A stretch of 64,000 bases of DNA from Rhodothermales bacterium (GTDB lineage: Bacteria; Bacteroidota; Rhodothermia; Rhodothermales; UBA10348): positions 3,836-67,835 of the forward strand of contig JANJTM010000077.1 of assembly GCA_024711125.1 (NCBI GenBank), written 5' to 3'. Positions 16,624 through 26,602 of the stretch are shown here, piece after piece. The position numbers were made by a program, and so were the translations under genes. The notes under the pieces are model-generated. The model ran no database searches. It was not told where the DNA came from and saw only the letters and a list, made by a program, of their open reading frames with translations. Position 1 is the first letter of the stretch; each line of letters starts with the position of its first letter.

Positions 16624-18210
16624 ATGTCCGACTCGTTCAGCCTCGAATCCTACGGCATCCAGGTTAAGGACGTCCTGCGAAACGCCACCCCGGCCGTGCT
16701 GTACGAGCACGCCCTCACGTACGAGGCGGGCTCCGCGATCTCCGACCAGGGCGCGCTCATGGTGCGCTCGGGCCGCAAGACGGGCCGCAGTCCGCTCGAC
16801 AAGCGCATCGTCGATCTTCCGCAGAGCCACGGCGATATCTGGTGGGGCAAGATCAACATCCCGCTCGACGAACACACGTTCGACGTGAACCGGGAGCGCG
16901 CGATCGACTACTTCAACACCTGCCCGCGCCTGTACGTGGTCGACGGGTTCGCGGGCTGGGACCCGGTCTACCGGATCAAGGTGCGCGTGATCTGCTCGCG
17001 CCCGTACCACGCGCTCTTCATGCACAACATGCTGATCCGGCCGACGGGCGAGGAACTCGGCGCGTACGGGGAACCGGATTACGTGATCTACAACGCGGGC
17101 AAGTTTCCCGCCAACCGGTTCACGTCGCACATGACGTCCAAGACGTCGATCGACCTGTGCTTCGAGCGCCGCGAGTTCGTCATTCTCGGCACCGAGTACG
17201 CCGGCGAGATGAAGAAGGGCATCTTCAGCGTCATGCACTACATCATGCCCAAGCAGGGCGTGCTGTCGATGCACTGCTCGGCCAACGAGGGCAAGGACGG
17301 CAAGGTCTCGCTCTTCTTCGGACTTTCGGGCACCGGGAAGACGACCCTCTCGGCCGACCCGCACCGCGCGCTGATCGGAGACGACGAGCACTGCTGGACC
17401 GACGAGGGCGTGTTCAACATCGAGGGCGGGTGCTATGCCAAGGCCATCGGCCTGTCGGCCGAGAAGGAGCCCGAGATCTTCGGCGCGATCCGCTACGGCA
17501 CCGTGCTCGAAAACGTGGTGTTCGACCCGCAGACCCGCAAGGTCGATTACGACGACGTGTCGATCACCGAGAATACCCGGGCGTCGTACCCCATCGAGTA
17601 CATCCCGAACGCGAAGATCCCCTGCGTCGGCGGGCATCCGAACCACATCATCTTCCTGACTTACGACGCGTTCGGCGTGCTGCCGCCGGTCTCGAGCCTC
17701 ACGCCCGAACAGGCGATGTACCACTTCATCAGCGGGTACACCGCCAAGGTCGCGGGCACCGAGGAGGGCGTGACCGAGCCGCAGGCCACGTTTTCGGCAT
17801 GTTTCGGCGCCGCGTTCCTGGTCATGCACCCGAGCCGCTACGCCGAGATGCTCGCCGACAAGATGCGCCGTCACGGCGCGAAGGCGTGGCTCATCAACAC
17901 GGGCCTGACCGGCGGATCCTACGGCACCGGCAAGCGCATGAGCCTCAAGCACACCCGGGCCATCATCGACGCGATCCACGACGGCGAGCTGGACGACGCG
18001 CCGACGGTCACCGACCCGGTCTTCGGATTCGACGTGCCGACCGCGGTGCCGCACGTGCCGTCGGCCGTGCTGATCCCGCGCAACGCGTGGCAGGACAAGG
18101 AGGCCTACGACACGACGGCGAAGAAGCTCGCGGGGCTGTTCCGCAAGAACTTCGCGCAGTTCGAGGCAGGCACCTCGCCGACCATCGTGGCGGCCGGCCC
18201 GAAGGGCTGA
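16624..18210 (+). CDS. pckA: phosphoenolpyruvate carboxykinase (ATP)
   Basis: This is the in-frame tail of track ORF 14941-18210, starting at ATG 16624 ([13 protein letters not shown]...). Kinase-1a motif [11 protein letters not shown]. 528 aa. Confidence 0.93.
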   Translation: MSDSFSLESYGIQVKDVLRNATPAVLYEHALTYEAGSAISDQGALMVRSGRKTGRSPLDKRIVDLPQSHGDIWWGKINIPLDEHTFDVNRERAIDYFNTCPRLYVVDGFAGWDPVYRIKVRVICSRPYHALFMHNMLIRPTGEELGAYGEPDYVIYNAGKFPANRFTSHMTSKTSIDLCFERREFVILGTEYAGEMKKGIFSVMHYIMPKQGVLSMHCSANEGKDGKVSLFFGLSGTGKTTLSADPHRALIGDDEHCWTDEGVFNIEGGCYAKAIGLSAEKEPEIFGAIRYGTVLENVVFDPQTRKVDYDDVSITENTRASYPIEYIPNAKIPCVGGHPNHIIFLTYDAFGVLPPVSSLTPEQAMYHFISGYTAKVAGTEEGVTEPQATFSACFGAAFLVMHPSRYAEMLADKMRRHGAKAWLINTGLTGGSYGTGKRMSLKHTRAIIDAIHDGELDDAPTVTDPVFGFDVPTAVPHVPSAVLIPRNAWQDKEAYDTTAKKLAGLFRKNFAQFEAGTSPTIVAAGPKG

Positions 18211-18226
18211 GGCCCGGCGGATTCGT

Positions 18227-19135
18227 TCAGGCCATGCGCCGGGCGCGCAGGAAGGCGGCTTCGACGGGCTCGACGGCCGCTCGAACAGGCGTCCATCCCG
18301 TCAGCACGGATGCGATCGCCTGCACCAGCGCGGTCCGGTAGCCCTCGTGCTCGGTCATTCCGCCCACGAGCGCGTAGCGCCGGGGCACGCGACCGGCCCG
18401 TTCGACCGCCCACGACGCCCGCAGGGCGAGCGCCTCGGCCCCGTCCTTGACGAGCGACTGTGCCACCGGATCGCCGGTCCAGGCGGCCTCGAGGACGAGG
18501 GGCGCGAACGTCGCCGGCGAGCGCGCCCGGTCGTACACGGACGCCAGGAGGGCGGCCGCGTCGGGCGCGTCCCATGTCGTGGCCGCCAGGGTGCGCAAGG
18601 CGGTCGGAGGACCGCCGTCCAGCGCGTCGGCCACGGCCTGCAGGCCGCGCAGGCCCAGGTGGTACCCGCTGCCTTCGTCGCCGAGCAGCCGTCCCCAGCC
18701 CCCGGCCCGGTAGAGGATGCCCGCTTCGTCCCGGGCGTACGCGATCGAACCCGTACCCGAGATCACGACCAGCCCGCCGCCGTCGTGACCGAACGCGGCG
18801 TCGAGCGCCAGGTCGGCGTCGGCCACGACCTGCACGTGGGACGGCGGGCAGCCGAGACGCGCGGCGATCGCCTCGCGGAGGGCGGTTCGGTCGTCGGGCC
18901 GGCCGGCGCCCGCCACGCCGGCCGCGAGGCGAACGTCGGACGCGTCGTCGCCGACCGCCTCCCGAAGAAGGGCGACCAGGACGTCGGCCGTACCGTCGGT
19001 GCCCAGGATGCGGGCGTTCGTGCCCGGGCCGTCCACCCGGATCGGCGTTCCGTCCGGCGCTTCGCCCCGGGCGGCGAGAAGCCGCGATCTCGATCCGCCG
19101 GAATCGATTCCGACCGAAAGGGTCCTCGAACTCAC
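18227..19135 (-). CDS. BadF/BadG/BcrA/BcrD-type ATPase (N-acetylglucosamine-kinase-like)
   Basis: 302 aa. ASKHA phosphate-1 motif GIDSGGSRSR and later VISGTGS. The start overlaps the upstream gene stop by 4 nt. Confidence 0.75.
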   Translation of the reverse strand: MSSRTLSVGIDSGGSRSRLLAARGEAPDGTPIRVDGPGTNARILGTDGTADVLVALLREAVGDDASDVRLAAGVAGAGRPDDRTALREAIAARLGCPPSHVQVVADADLALDAAFGHDGGGLVVISGTGSIAYARDEAGILYRAGGWGRLLGDEGSGYHLGLRGLQAVADALDGGPPTALRTLAATTWDAPDAAALLASVYDRARSPATFAPLVLEAAWTGDPVAQSLVKDGAEALALRASWAVERAGRVPRRYALVGGMTEHEGYRTALVQAIASVLTGWTPVRAAVEPVEAAFLRARRMA

Positions 19136-21294
19136 GCGGGAACCAGGTTCGTGACCCGCCCGGCGCCTCCCGGGGCGAGTCGTTTGACGGGGGCCGTTTC
19201 CGGAAGCGGGCGGAACCGGCCGAGGAACCGCTCGAAAGGTACGGCAGGGCGGCGGAAGAGCATGGGTTCACCCGGCTCGGACGGCAGCCACGCCTCGAAC
19301 GCGGCCGGCGCGCTCCGCCGGACCCAGCGGGGCGCCGAGCCCCACGAAGGGGCCGTCGGATGGCCGGAGCGGGGCACGGGCACGGGCGCGTAGCGCGAAG
19401 GAAGCGGCGAGCGCACGCCCGACCGGGGGCCGCCCGGAAGACGCATCCATGAGGTCGTGTCGCGTTCCCACCGCCAGGTCCAGCGATCGGGACCGTGGAT
19501 GCCGCCGAGGGAATCGACGATCCGCGCCAGCCGCTCGGTCGTGATCGAGTCGTCGCCCGCCAGAGGCTCGAAGAAGGTGGCGGCGATCGACGAACCATCG
19601 AACCGGGCATCCCAGCTCCGGAGGTACGCGACGGCGTCCGTATCGGGGGCGGCCGGCAGGAAACCGGGCACCGGCGGCAGGGAGTCCATCCGGGGAGGCC
19701 AGGCCGACGTGTCCACGGCCGTCGAATCCACGAGCGTCGAATCGGTCGCGGTCGAATCGGCGACGACGGACGAATCGACGGCCGTCGGAGGCCCGGCCAG
19801 CGTGCCGAGGAGCCGCAGCACGCGGCCCGCGGCCCAGGCGCTGCGGCGCTCGTCGAAAACGCGTCGCGAACCGGCGCGCAGCTCCGACAGCACGTCGGCC
19901 AGCTCGTAGCGCTCGGGGGCGAGGGATACCAGCCGCACGCCCGGCGCTTCGACCGGGGCGACCCCCTCGGCGCGCGCGGGCCCCGCCGTGCCGAGCCGCA
20001 GCGCGGCCGAGCCCAGGGTCGGCACGGGTCCGACCGGCCCGTCTGTCACCGGGTCGTCGCGTCCCGCGTCGAGGAACGCGGCGACGAGCGTCTCGGCCCG
20101 CTCGCCGAGCGCGAGGCTTGCGGGTCCGCCGCGCCGCTCGACGACGTCGGTGCCCACGCCGCGCACGCGGATCGATTCCCAGCTTCTCGATTCACCCGGA
20201 TCCTCGAAGCCGATGCGCAGGCGTGTCCCCGGCACCGAGGCCACGGCGCCCTGCCGGTCGCGCCATGCGAGCGGGGCCGGCGTGCCCAACCACGTCACGA
20301 GGTCCGATTCGACCGCGGGACCCGTGAGCCGTATCGCGACGACCGGCGGCTCGGCCGCCGAGCCCCACACGTAGCGCACGAAAACGCCGTCGGCGGGCGA
20401 GCCGAGGCTCCACGCGGCCCCGTGCTCGAGCCCCGAAAGCGCGAGGAATGCGCCCAGCGAGTCCCGGTCGGCGAGGAAACGACGCACCGCGGCCTGTGCC
20501 AGGAAGGTCGGGCGTCCGTCGGCCGTCGTATCGGGCCATTCGGGCAGCTCGATCGAATCCGGCGGAACCACGAGCGCCAGCGAATCCGCGAACGCGAAGG
20601 TGGCGGGTGAAAGGGGGTCGGCGGCCAGCAGGCTGTCGAGTCGGAGGGCCGCCTCGGCGCTGTCGGCGCGGGCCGCGGCCACGAGGCTGTCCCGCTCGGA
20701 ACGGATTCCGCCCAGGAGCCGGTCGAGGGCGAGCGTATCCTCCTCGACGACCGCGGCCAGCCATCCGACCATGCGTTCCACCGCCATCGAATGCCACGCC
20801 TGCCAGGGTTCCGGTTCGACGCCGAGCGCCGAAAGTCCCGCCGCGAACTGCACCCGGTCGAGGCGGAGCGTGGCGTTGACCCCGGACGCGTAGGCCTGGT
20901 ACACGGCCTGCGCCGGGGCCGGGAGGGCGTCGAACGCGGCCCTGGCGTCGGGGGCGAAGCCCGCGAGCCGGGCGTGACGGTCGAGGGGCAGCGTTTCTTC
21001 GCCGTACCACTCGGAAAGACGGCCCAGCGCGGCCTGCCGTACGAGGAGCAGGGTCCACGGCCGGGACAGGGCGTGCACGACCCCGACCACGCGCGGAACG
21101 TCCTCGCGGCGCCCCACGCGGGCCTCCGCGTCCAGGTCGTCGATCCAGGAGAGGCGCACGGGCGCCGACAACCCGGATACCCGGACTTCCCCGGGCAGGT
21201 CGACCGATACCCGGAACGCGAGGTGCCACAAGGCGATGACGGAGATCGCGGCGGTGGCGACGAGCCAGAGCAGCAGGCGGACGGTTCTCGACAT
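19132..21294 (-). CDS. penicillin-acylase (S45/Ntn) family homologue, probably catalytically inactive
   Basis: 720 aa with an N-terminal TM/signal segment. The alpha-subunit region aligns with E. coli PGA from memory (GVVHALSRPW...GRLSEWYGEE.LPLD...YQAYASGVNATL). At the expected beta-chain N-terminus the sequence is GAAWSLG instead of SN.W.xG. Confidence 0.6.
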   Translation of the reverse strand: MSRTVRLLLWLVATAAISVIALWHLAFRVSVDLPGEVRVSGLSAPVRLSWIDDLDAEARVGRREDVPRVVGVVHALSRPWTLLLVRQAALGRLSEWYGEETLPLDRHARLAGFAPDARAAFDALPAPAQAVYQAYASGVNATLRLDRVQFAAGLSALGVEPEPWQAWHSMAVERMVGWLAAVVEEDTLALDRLLGGIRSERDSLVAAARADSAEAALRLDSLLAADPLSPATFAFADSLALVVPPDSIELPEWPDTTADGRPTFLAQAAVRRFLADRDSLGAFLALSGLEHGAAWSLGSPADGVFVRYVWGSAAEPPVVAIRLTGPAVESDLVTWLGTPAPLAWRDRQGAVASVPGTRLRIGFEDPGESRSWESIRVRGVGTDVVERRGGPASLALGERAETLVAAFLDAGRDDPVTDGPVGPVPTLGSAALRLGTAGPARAEGVAPVEAPGVRLVSLAPERYELADVLSELRAGSRRVFDERRSAWAAGRVLRLLGTLAGPPTAVDSSVVADSTATDSTLVDSTAVDTSAWPPRMDSLPPVPGFLPAAPDTDAVAYLRSWDARFDGSSIAATFFEPLAGDDSITTERLARIVDSLGGIHGPDRWTWRWERDTTSWMRLPGGPRSGVRSPLPSRYAPVPVPRSGHPTAPSWGSAPRWVRRSAPAAFEAWLPSEPGEPMLFRRPAVPFERFLGRFRPLPETAPVKRLAPGGAGRVTNLVPA

Positions 21295-21407
21295 GCGGGA
21301 TTCGATCTGCGCGGAAGGTACGCACGGGCACCGCCCGGTCGGGCGGGATCCCGCGTGGCCCGTCTCCCGTTACGGTCGGCCGCTCCTGCACCCTCCGATC
21401 CCGTCCG

Positions 21408-23030
21408 ATGCGCTTCCCGAAACCCTGGCCCGTCGCGGTACTCGCTCTCCTCGTCGGCGTGCTGCTCGGCATCCGGGTCGATGCCGACCTGCTCTCGCCG
21501 GACGTCACCCGGGCGTCGCGCCGGGTCAGCGAAGCCTTTCTCATGATCAACGAGCGGTACGTGGACGGAGTCGACGCCGACCGGCTCGCCGAGGACGCGA
21601 TCCGGGGCATGCTCGACGCGCTCGATCCGCATTCCGTCTACCTTCCCGCCGACGTGATCCGGGCCGAAAACGAGCGTTTCGACGGCGGTTTCGAGGGAAT
21701 CGGGGTCTCCTACGAACTGCTGGAGGGACCGGAGGGAGCCGATACGCTGTCGGTGGTAACGGTGATGCCCGGAGGGCCGAGCGAGCGCGCCGGGCTGCGT
21801 ACCGGCGACCGCATCGTCGCGATCGACGACTCGACGGCCATCGGCATCGTCGACGAGGGCGTGCAGCGCCGGTTGAAGGGTCCGAGGGGCAGCACGGTCA
21901 CGGTGGCGGTGCGCCGGCCGGGCGTCGCGGGCGAGCGACGGGTCGATATCGTGCGCGACCGCGTTCCGCTCGAGACCGTGGAGGCGGCATTCCTGATGCC
22001 GGAGGCCACGGGGTACGTGCGCATCACGCGGTTCGCGCGCACGACCGGCGACGAGTTCCGCGCCGCGCTGTCGCGGCTGGTGGAGGAGGGCATGGAGCGG
22101 CTGGTGCTCGATCTCCGGGGCAACCCCGGCGGGCTCATGAGCGCCGCCGTCGAGGTGTCGGACGAATTCCTGCGCCCCGGACAGCGCATCGTCGAACAGG
22201 CCGGGCGCTCGGCCGGTACGACCCAGACGTTTTCGTCGCGCGGCGGCGGTCGGTGGGAGACGGGTCCGGTCGTCGTGCTGGTCGACGCGGCGTCGGCTTC
22301 GGCGAGCGAGATCGTCGCCGGGGCGCTGCAGGATCACGACCGGGCCGTGATCGTGGGTCGCCGCACGTTCGGCAAGGGCCTCGTGCAGAACCAGATTCCG
22401 CTCGCCGACGGGAGCGCGATCCGACTCACGGTGGCGCGGTTCCTCACCCCCAGCGGACGCCTGATCCAGACCCCGTGGGAGCCCGGCGCGGGCGACGCCT
22501 ACCGGGAGGAGAAACAGGCCCGCATCCACGGCGCGGACGGACCGCCGGCCGATTCGGTCCATGTGCCCGACTCGTTGCGTTATCGCACGGATGCCGGGCG
22601 CACCGTCGTGGCGCTCGGCGGTATCGCGCCCGACTTCGAGGTCCCCGACGACACGCTGACGGCGTATGTGCGCACGGTGCTCAGGGAGGGGCTGGAGGAC
22701 CGGTTCGTGCGGGAATGGATCGATCGGGACGGGGCAGGGCTCGCCGGACGGTTCGGCGGCGACGCGGCGAAGTTCTTTGCCGGGTTCGCCGTCACCGACG
22801 ACGACCTGGCGCGTTTCGAGGCGCTGGCGCGGTCGGCCGGACTGGGCGGCCCGCCGGACGCGACGGCACGGGAAGAACTGCGCGCGCTGCTGCTCGGCCG
22901 CATGGCGGTCCGCCTCGTGGACCGCTCGGCGTGGTACCGCGCGTTCGCGCCACAGGACCGCGGTCTTGCGTACGCCCTGGGCTACTGGAGGGACGCGGAG
23001 CGGCTCGCCGCGGGGTACACGTCCCGCTGA
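21408..23030 (+). CDS. ctp: S41 carboxy-terminal processing peptidase
   Basis: 540 aa. Signal anchor, PDZ region, and S41 motifs RGNPGGL, ASASEI and TFGKG. Confidence 0.9.
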   Translation: MRFPKPWPVAVLALLVGVLLGIRVDADLLSPDVTRASRRVSEAFLMINERYVDGVDADRLAEDAIRGMLDALDPHSVYLPADVIRAENERFDGGFEGIGVSYELLEGPEGADTLSVVTVMPGGPSERAGLRTGDRIVAIDDSTAIGIVDEGVQRRLKGPRGSTVTVAVRRPGVAGERRVDIVRDRVPLETVEAAFLMPEATGYVRITRFARTTGDEFRAALSRLVEEGMERLVLDLRGNPGGLMSAAVEVSDEFLRPGQRIVEQAGRSAGTTQTFSSRGGGRWETGPVVVLVDAASASASEIVAGALQDHDRAVIVGRRTFGKGLVQNQIPLADGSAIRLTVARFLTPSGRLIQTPWEPGAGDAYREEKQARIHGADGPPADSVHVPDSLRYRTDAGRTVVALGGIAPDFEVPDDTLTAYVRTVLREGLEDRFVREWIDRDGAGLAGRFGGDAAKFFAGFAVTDDDLARFEALARSAGLGGPPDATAREELRALLLGRMAVRLVDRSAWYRAFAPQDRGLAYALGYWRDAERLAAGYTSR

Positions 23031-23097
23031 CCGGGCCTCCCCGTCGTCGGACGGTGCGCGGGGTGAGGCGCATGCCGCTCCCCGGCCACCTTTGCGA

Positions 23098-23126
23098 TTG
23101 ACAATGGGAGAGGCAGTGGGTATCAT
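23098..23126 (+). promoter_or_regulatory. near-consensus sigma70-type promoter upstream of exbB
   Basis: TTGACA (23098-23103), a 17-nt spacer, then TATCAT (23121-23126). It lies about 150 nt upstream of the exbB ATG at 23279. Confidence 0.45.
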
Positions 23127-23278
23127 TTCGCCCCGTATCGCGCGGCCCGGACGCCTGTCCGAAGCCGGACCGGATACACAAGAATCTCATCGTGTGCGAC
23201 GGATTCCGGAGGCGGCCCTCCCGCGCTCCGGTTCGGAGTATCCCATCCCAAGACCCCTACGCGGAGGACTACTATCCC

Positions 23279-23968
23279 ATGAACTTCTTCAGCCTGCTTC
23301 TCATGCTGCCGCAGGAGGCGGCCGCGGAAGATGGACTGGTGAACGTGCTGGTGGCGCGGTTCAACGAGGGCGGCGACTACATGTGGCCGATCCTCATTTC
23401 CCTGATCATCGGCCTTGCCATCGCTTTCGAGCGCATCATCACGCTCAATCGGGCCGACATCAACACCCGCAAGTTCATCGTGAAGGTGAAGCAGTCCCTC
23501 GAAGAGGGCGGCATCTCGGCCGCCGAGGAGGTCTGCGCCAACACCCGCGGTCCGGTCGCCTCGGTGTTCCAGGCCGGCCTGCTGCGTCATGACGAAGGCA
23601 TCGAGGCCGTCGAAAAGGCCGTCGTTTCCTACGGATCCATCGAAATGAGCTTCCTCGAGCGCGGTCTCGTGTGGCTGTCGCTCTTCATCTCGCTCGCCCC
23701 GATGTTCGGGTTCCTCGGAACCGTCGTGGGCATGGTCGAGGCCTTCGACGCCATCGAGGCCGCCGGCGACATTTCCCCGTCCCTCGTGGCCGGCGGTATC
23801 AAGGTCGCCCTCCTCACGACGGTGTTCGGCCTCATCGCGGCCATCATCCTCCAGTTCTTCTACAACTACATCACCTCCAAGATCGATCGCATCGTGATCG
23901 ACATGGAGGAGGCGTCGATCGAGCTCATCGACTCCCTGGTGCTTCTCCAGGCCGGCAAGAAGGCGTGA
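23279..23968 (+). CDS. exbB: MotA/TolQ/ExbB proton-channel protein
   Basis: Trimmed to MNFFSLLLMLPQEAAA... 229 aa with 3 TM segments. Typical ExbB C-terminal half (LAPMFGFLGTVVGMVEAF ... ALLTTVFGL). Confidence 0.9.
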   Translation: MNFFSLLLMLPQEAAAEDGLVNVLVARFNEGGDYMWPILISLIIGLAIAFERIITLNRADINTRKFIVKVKQSLEEGGISAAEEVCANTRGPVASVFQAGLLRHDEGIEAVEKAVVSYGSIEMSFLERGLVWLSLFISLAPMFGFLGTVVGMVEAFDAIEAAGDISPSLVAGGIKVALLTTVFGLIAAIILQFFYNYITSKIDRIVIDMEEASIELIDSLVLLQAGKKA

Positions 23969-24013
23969 CGGGTCACGCGTTCTTTTCCCATCCTACTACC
24001 GGAGAAAACCACC

Positions 24014-24289
24014 ATGGATAGCCTCGTTCCCTACGCCATCTACCTCGTGCTGGCGCTGGCCGGGCTCAGCCTGGTCGCCCTGGTCGCGTTCGGACTCAGG
24101 AACCTGACGTTCGGCAAGGTCGACGTGCTGACGATCGTGCTCGTCATGATCCCGGTCGCGATCATGGTCGTGCTCGGATTCGTGACCGGCGACTGGCCCT
24201 ACGCCGGGATCCTCGCGTTCCTGATCACGCTCGGCGTGACCGCGCTGTCCCTGCTCCTGTCGGGGCTGCGCGGCGTGCTCGGCATGTGA
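24014..24289 (+). CDS. small 3-TM membrane protein between exbB and exbD
   Basis: 91 aa and almost entirely hydrophobic, sitting inside the exbB-exbD unit. No nameable family. Confidence 0.55.
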   Translation: MDSLVPYAIYLVLALAGLSLVALVAFGLRNLTFGKVDVLTIVLVMIPVAIMVVLGFVTGDWPYAGILAFLITLGVTALSLLLSGLRGVLGM

Positions 24290-24320
24290 TCCCCGAACGG
24301 CCGCAATCCACCGACTCCCC

Positions 24321-24884
24321 ATGGCAGCCGAATTCAAGAAGCGGAAGAGGACCGATCCGGAGATTCCGACGGCTTCGATGGCCGACATCGCGTTTCTCCT
24401 GCTCATCTTCTTCCTCGTCACCACGACGATCGACGTCGACACCGGCATCGGCATGGTTCTCCCGCCGAAGCTCGAGGAAGACGTCGAACCGCCGCCGATC
24501 AAGGAGCGCAACGTGCTCAAGATCCTCGTCAACGAGCAGGGATTCGTGCTGCTCGAGGATCTGCCTTCGAGTGTCTCGCTGATCCGCGAGGAGGTCAAGA
24601 AGCACGTGCTCAACAACGGCGTCGATCTCATGTACTCCGAGTCGCCCAACCGGGCCCTCATCTCGATCAAGACGGCGCGCCAGACCCCCTACAACGCGTA
24701 CATCGACGTGTTGGACGAAGTCTGGATGGCGTATTTCGAGATGTGGGACTTGGAAGCGCGACAGCTCGGGTACGCGGACTACGCGACCTACCTCACGACG
24801 CTCAACGACGATGAGGACGCGGTCAACCAGATCCGCGAAAAGATCAAGGCGCAGATCTCCATCGCCGAGCCGGACGCCCAGTGA
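24321..24884 (+). CDS. exbD: ExbD/TolR biopolymer transport protein
   Basis: 187 aa. N-terminal pattern PTASMADIAFLLLIFFLVTT is typical of ExbD/TolR. Confidence 0.88.
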   Translation: MAAEFKKRKRTDPEIPTASMADIAFLLLIFFLVTTTIDVDTGIGMVLPPKLEEDVEPPPIKERNVLKILVNEQGFVLLEDLPSSVSLIREEVKKHVLNNGVDLMYSESPNRALISIKTARQTPYNAYIDVLDEVWMAYFEMWDLEARQLGYADYATYLTTLNDDEDAVNQIREKIKAQISIAEPDAQ

Positions 24885-24923
24885 GGTTCGACTCCACCAT
24901 CACCGTTTGAAAGGACACCCGGA

Positions 24924-25376
24924 ATGGCAGGCCATTTCAAAAAGAAGACGAAGACGAAGCAGGAGATTCCGACCGCATCGATGCCGGACATCATCTTCAT
25001 CCTGCTCTGCTTCTTCATGGTGACCACGGTGCTGCGCGAGACGACCATCCAGGTCCGCACCACCCTGCCCCAGGCCGAAGCGCTGACGAAGATCGACCAG
25101 AAGCGACTGCTGTCGTACCTGTACATCGGTCCCCGGAAGCTCGAAGGCAACAAGATCGGGGACACGGCAGTGCAGATCGACGACGCGCTCGTCGGCGAAG
25201 TCACCAACGTCCGGACCATCATGTACCGCAAGCTCGTCGAGCAACCGAAACTGATCGTTTCTCTCCGCGTCGATCAGATTTCGGAGATGGGCATCGTGCT
25301 GGACGTGCAGCAGGAGCTGCGCGAGGCCGGTACGCTGCGCATCAACTACTCGACGAAGCGCCTGGTCGTGCTCTGA
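24924..25376 (+). CDS. exbD: ExbD/TolR biopolymer transport protein (second copy)
   Basis: 150 aa. PTASMPDIIFILLCFFMVTT. Paralogue of the preceding gene. Confidence 0.88.
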   Translation: MAGHFKKKTKTKQEIPTASMPDIIFILLCFFMVTTVLRETTIQVRTTLPQAEALTKIDQKRLLSYLYIGPRKLEGNKIGDTAVQIDDALVGEVTNVRTIMYRKLVEQPKLIVSLRVDQISEMGIVLDVQQELREAGTLRINYSTKRLVVL

Positions 25377-25402
25377 TCCGGTCCGTCGTGCCGATCATCG
25401 GG

Positions 25403-25439
25403 GGAGCCCCGTCGCGTGCGGCGGGGCTCCTTTCTTTTT
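25403..25439 (+). terminator. intrinsic terminator of the exbB-exbD-exbD unit
   Basis: 9-bp stem GGAGCCCCG (25403-25411) / CGGGGCTCC (25422-25430) with a 10-nt loop, followed by TTTCTTTTT (25431-25439). Confidence 0.75.
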
Positions 25440-25511
25440 CGGGCTTCGGCGTCTACCGGGGGACCGAAAACGCGCCCGAAGGGTTGTAGCGACCACCCAG
25501 TCCCGCACGCC

Positions 25512-26528
25512 ATGAGCCACCGAGTCACCCTCATTCCCGGAGACGGCATAGGTCCCGAAGTCTCCGACGCCACCGTCCGCGTGCTCGCGGCCACCGGGGT
25601 GGCGATCGAGTGGGACGTGCACGAGAAGGTGGGGGAGGCAGCGGTCGCGGAGTACGGCGAGCCGCTTCCCGCCCACGTCCTCGACGCCATCCGGTCTTCG
25701 GGGGTCGCCCTGAAGGGCCCCGTGACCACGCCCGTGGGCAAGGGATTCCGCAGCGTGAACGTAGGGCTGCGCCAGAAGCTCGACCTGTACGCCAACGTTC
25801 GGCCGTGCCGGTCGCTCCCCGGAATCGAAACGCCGTTCCGGGACGTGGATCTCGTGATCTTCCGCGAGAACACCGAAGGGCTCTACTCCGGGCTCGAATC
25901 GTACGACGAGCGCCACGACATCGCCGATTCCATTGCGCGCATCTCGAAGCGCGGCAGCGAACGCATCATCCGCTTCGCGTTCGAGTACGCCCGACGGCAT
26001 GCCTGCGGCCCGCTCACGGTCGTGCACAAGGCGAACATCCTGAAACTCACGTCGGGCATGTTCCTGAACATCGCACGGGAGTATTCGGAACGCTATCCCG
26101 AGGTCGAATTCAACGACCGCATCATCGACAACATGTGCATGCAGCTGGTCGTGAAGCCGCAGCAGTTCCGCTGCATGGTCACGACCAACCTGTTCGGCGA
26201 CATCCTGAGCGACCTCGCGGCGGGGCTGGTCGGCGGCCTGGGGGTCGTCGCCGGCGCGAACATCGGCGACGAGTACGCCGTGTTCGAGGCCGTGCACGGC
26301 AGCGCGCCCGACATCGCGGGGCAGGGCAAGGCCAATCCGACCGCGCTCGTGCAGAGCGCCGAGATGATGCTGCGCCATCTCGGCGAGACCCGCGCTGCCG
26401 ACGCGCTGCACAGGGGCCTGGTGGAGGTGTACACCGAGGGACGCCACGTGACGCCCGATCGCGGGGGAAGCGCCTCCACCACCGAATTCGCCGACCGGCT
26501 CTCCGACGCCGTGGCGAACCACGCCTGA
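25512..26528 (+). CDS. NAD-dependent isocitrate dehydrogenase (IDH3-like beta-decarboxylating dehydrogenase)
   Basis: Trimmed to MSHRVTLIPGDGIGPEV; the longer track start would run through the upstream terminator. Motifs SVNVGLRQKLDLYANVRPC and NLFGDILSD. 338 aa. Confidence 0.85.
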   Translation: MSHRVTLIPGDGIGPEVSDATVRVLAATGVAIEWDVHEKVGEAAVAEYGEPLPAHVLDAIRSSGVALKGPVTTPVGKGFRSVNVGLRQKLDLYANVRPCRSLPGIETPFRDVDLVIFRENTEGLYSGLESYDERHDIADSIARISKRGSERIIRFAFEYARRHACGPLTVVHKANILKLTSGMFLNIAREYSERYPEVEFNDRIIDNMCMQLVVKPQQFRCMVTTNLFGDILSDLAAGLVGGLGVVAGANIGDEYAVFEAVHGSAPDIAGQGKANPTALVQSAEMMLRHLGETRAADALHRGLVEVYTEGRHVTPDRGGSASTTEFADRLSDAVANHA

Positions 26529-26602
26529 CAGGCGCGCACGCACCCGCGCGGCGCCGACACTGCGCATCGCCCGGGCACCGTAAACATGCTGTCTTCCGAT
26601 CC

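Noticed and set aside
14941-18210. 1089-aa ORF suggesting one giant protein across acs and pckA
   Set aside because: Only the last 528 codons (from ATG 16624) are PckA. The upstream part is an out-of-frame shadow of acs.
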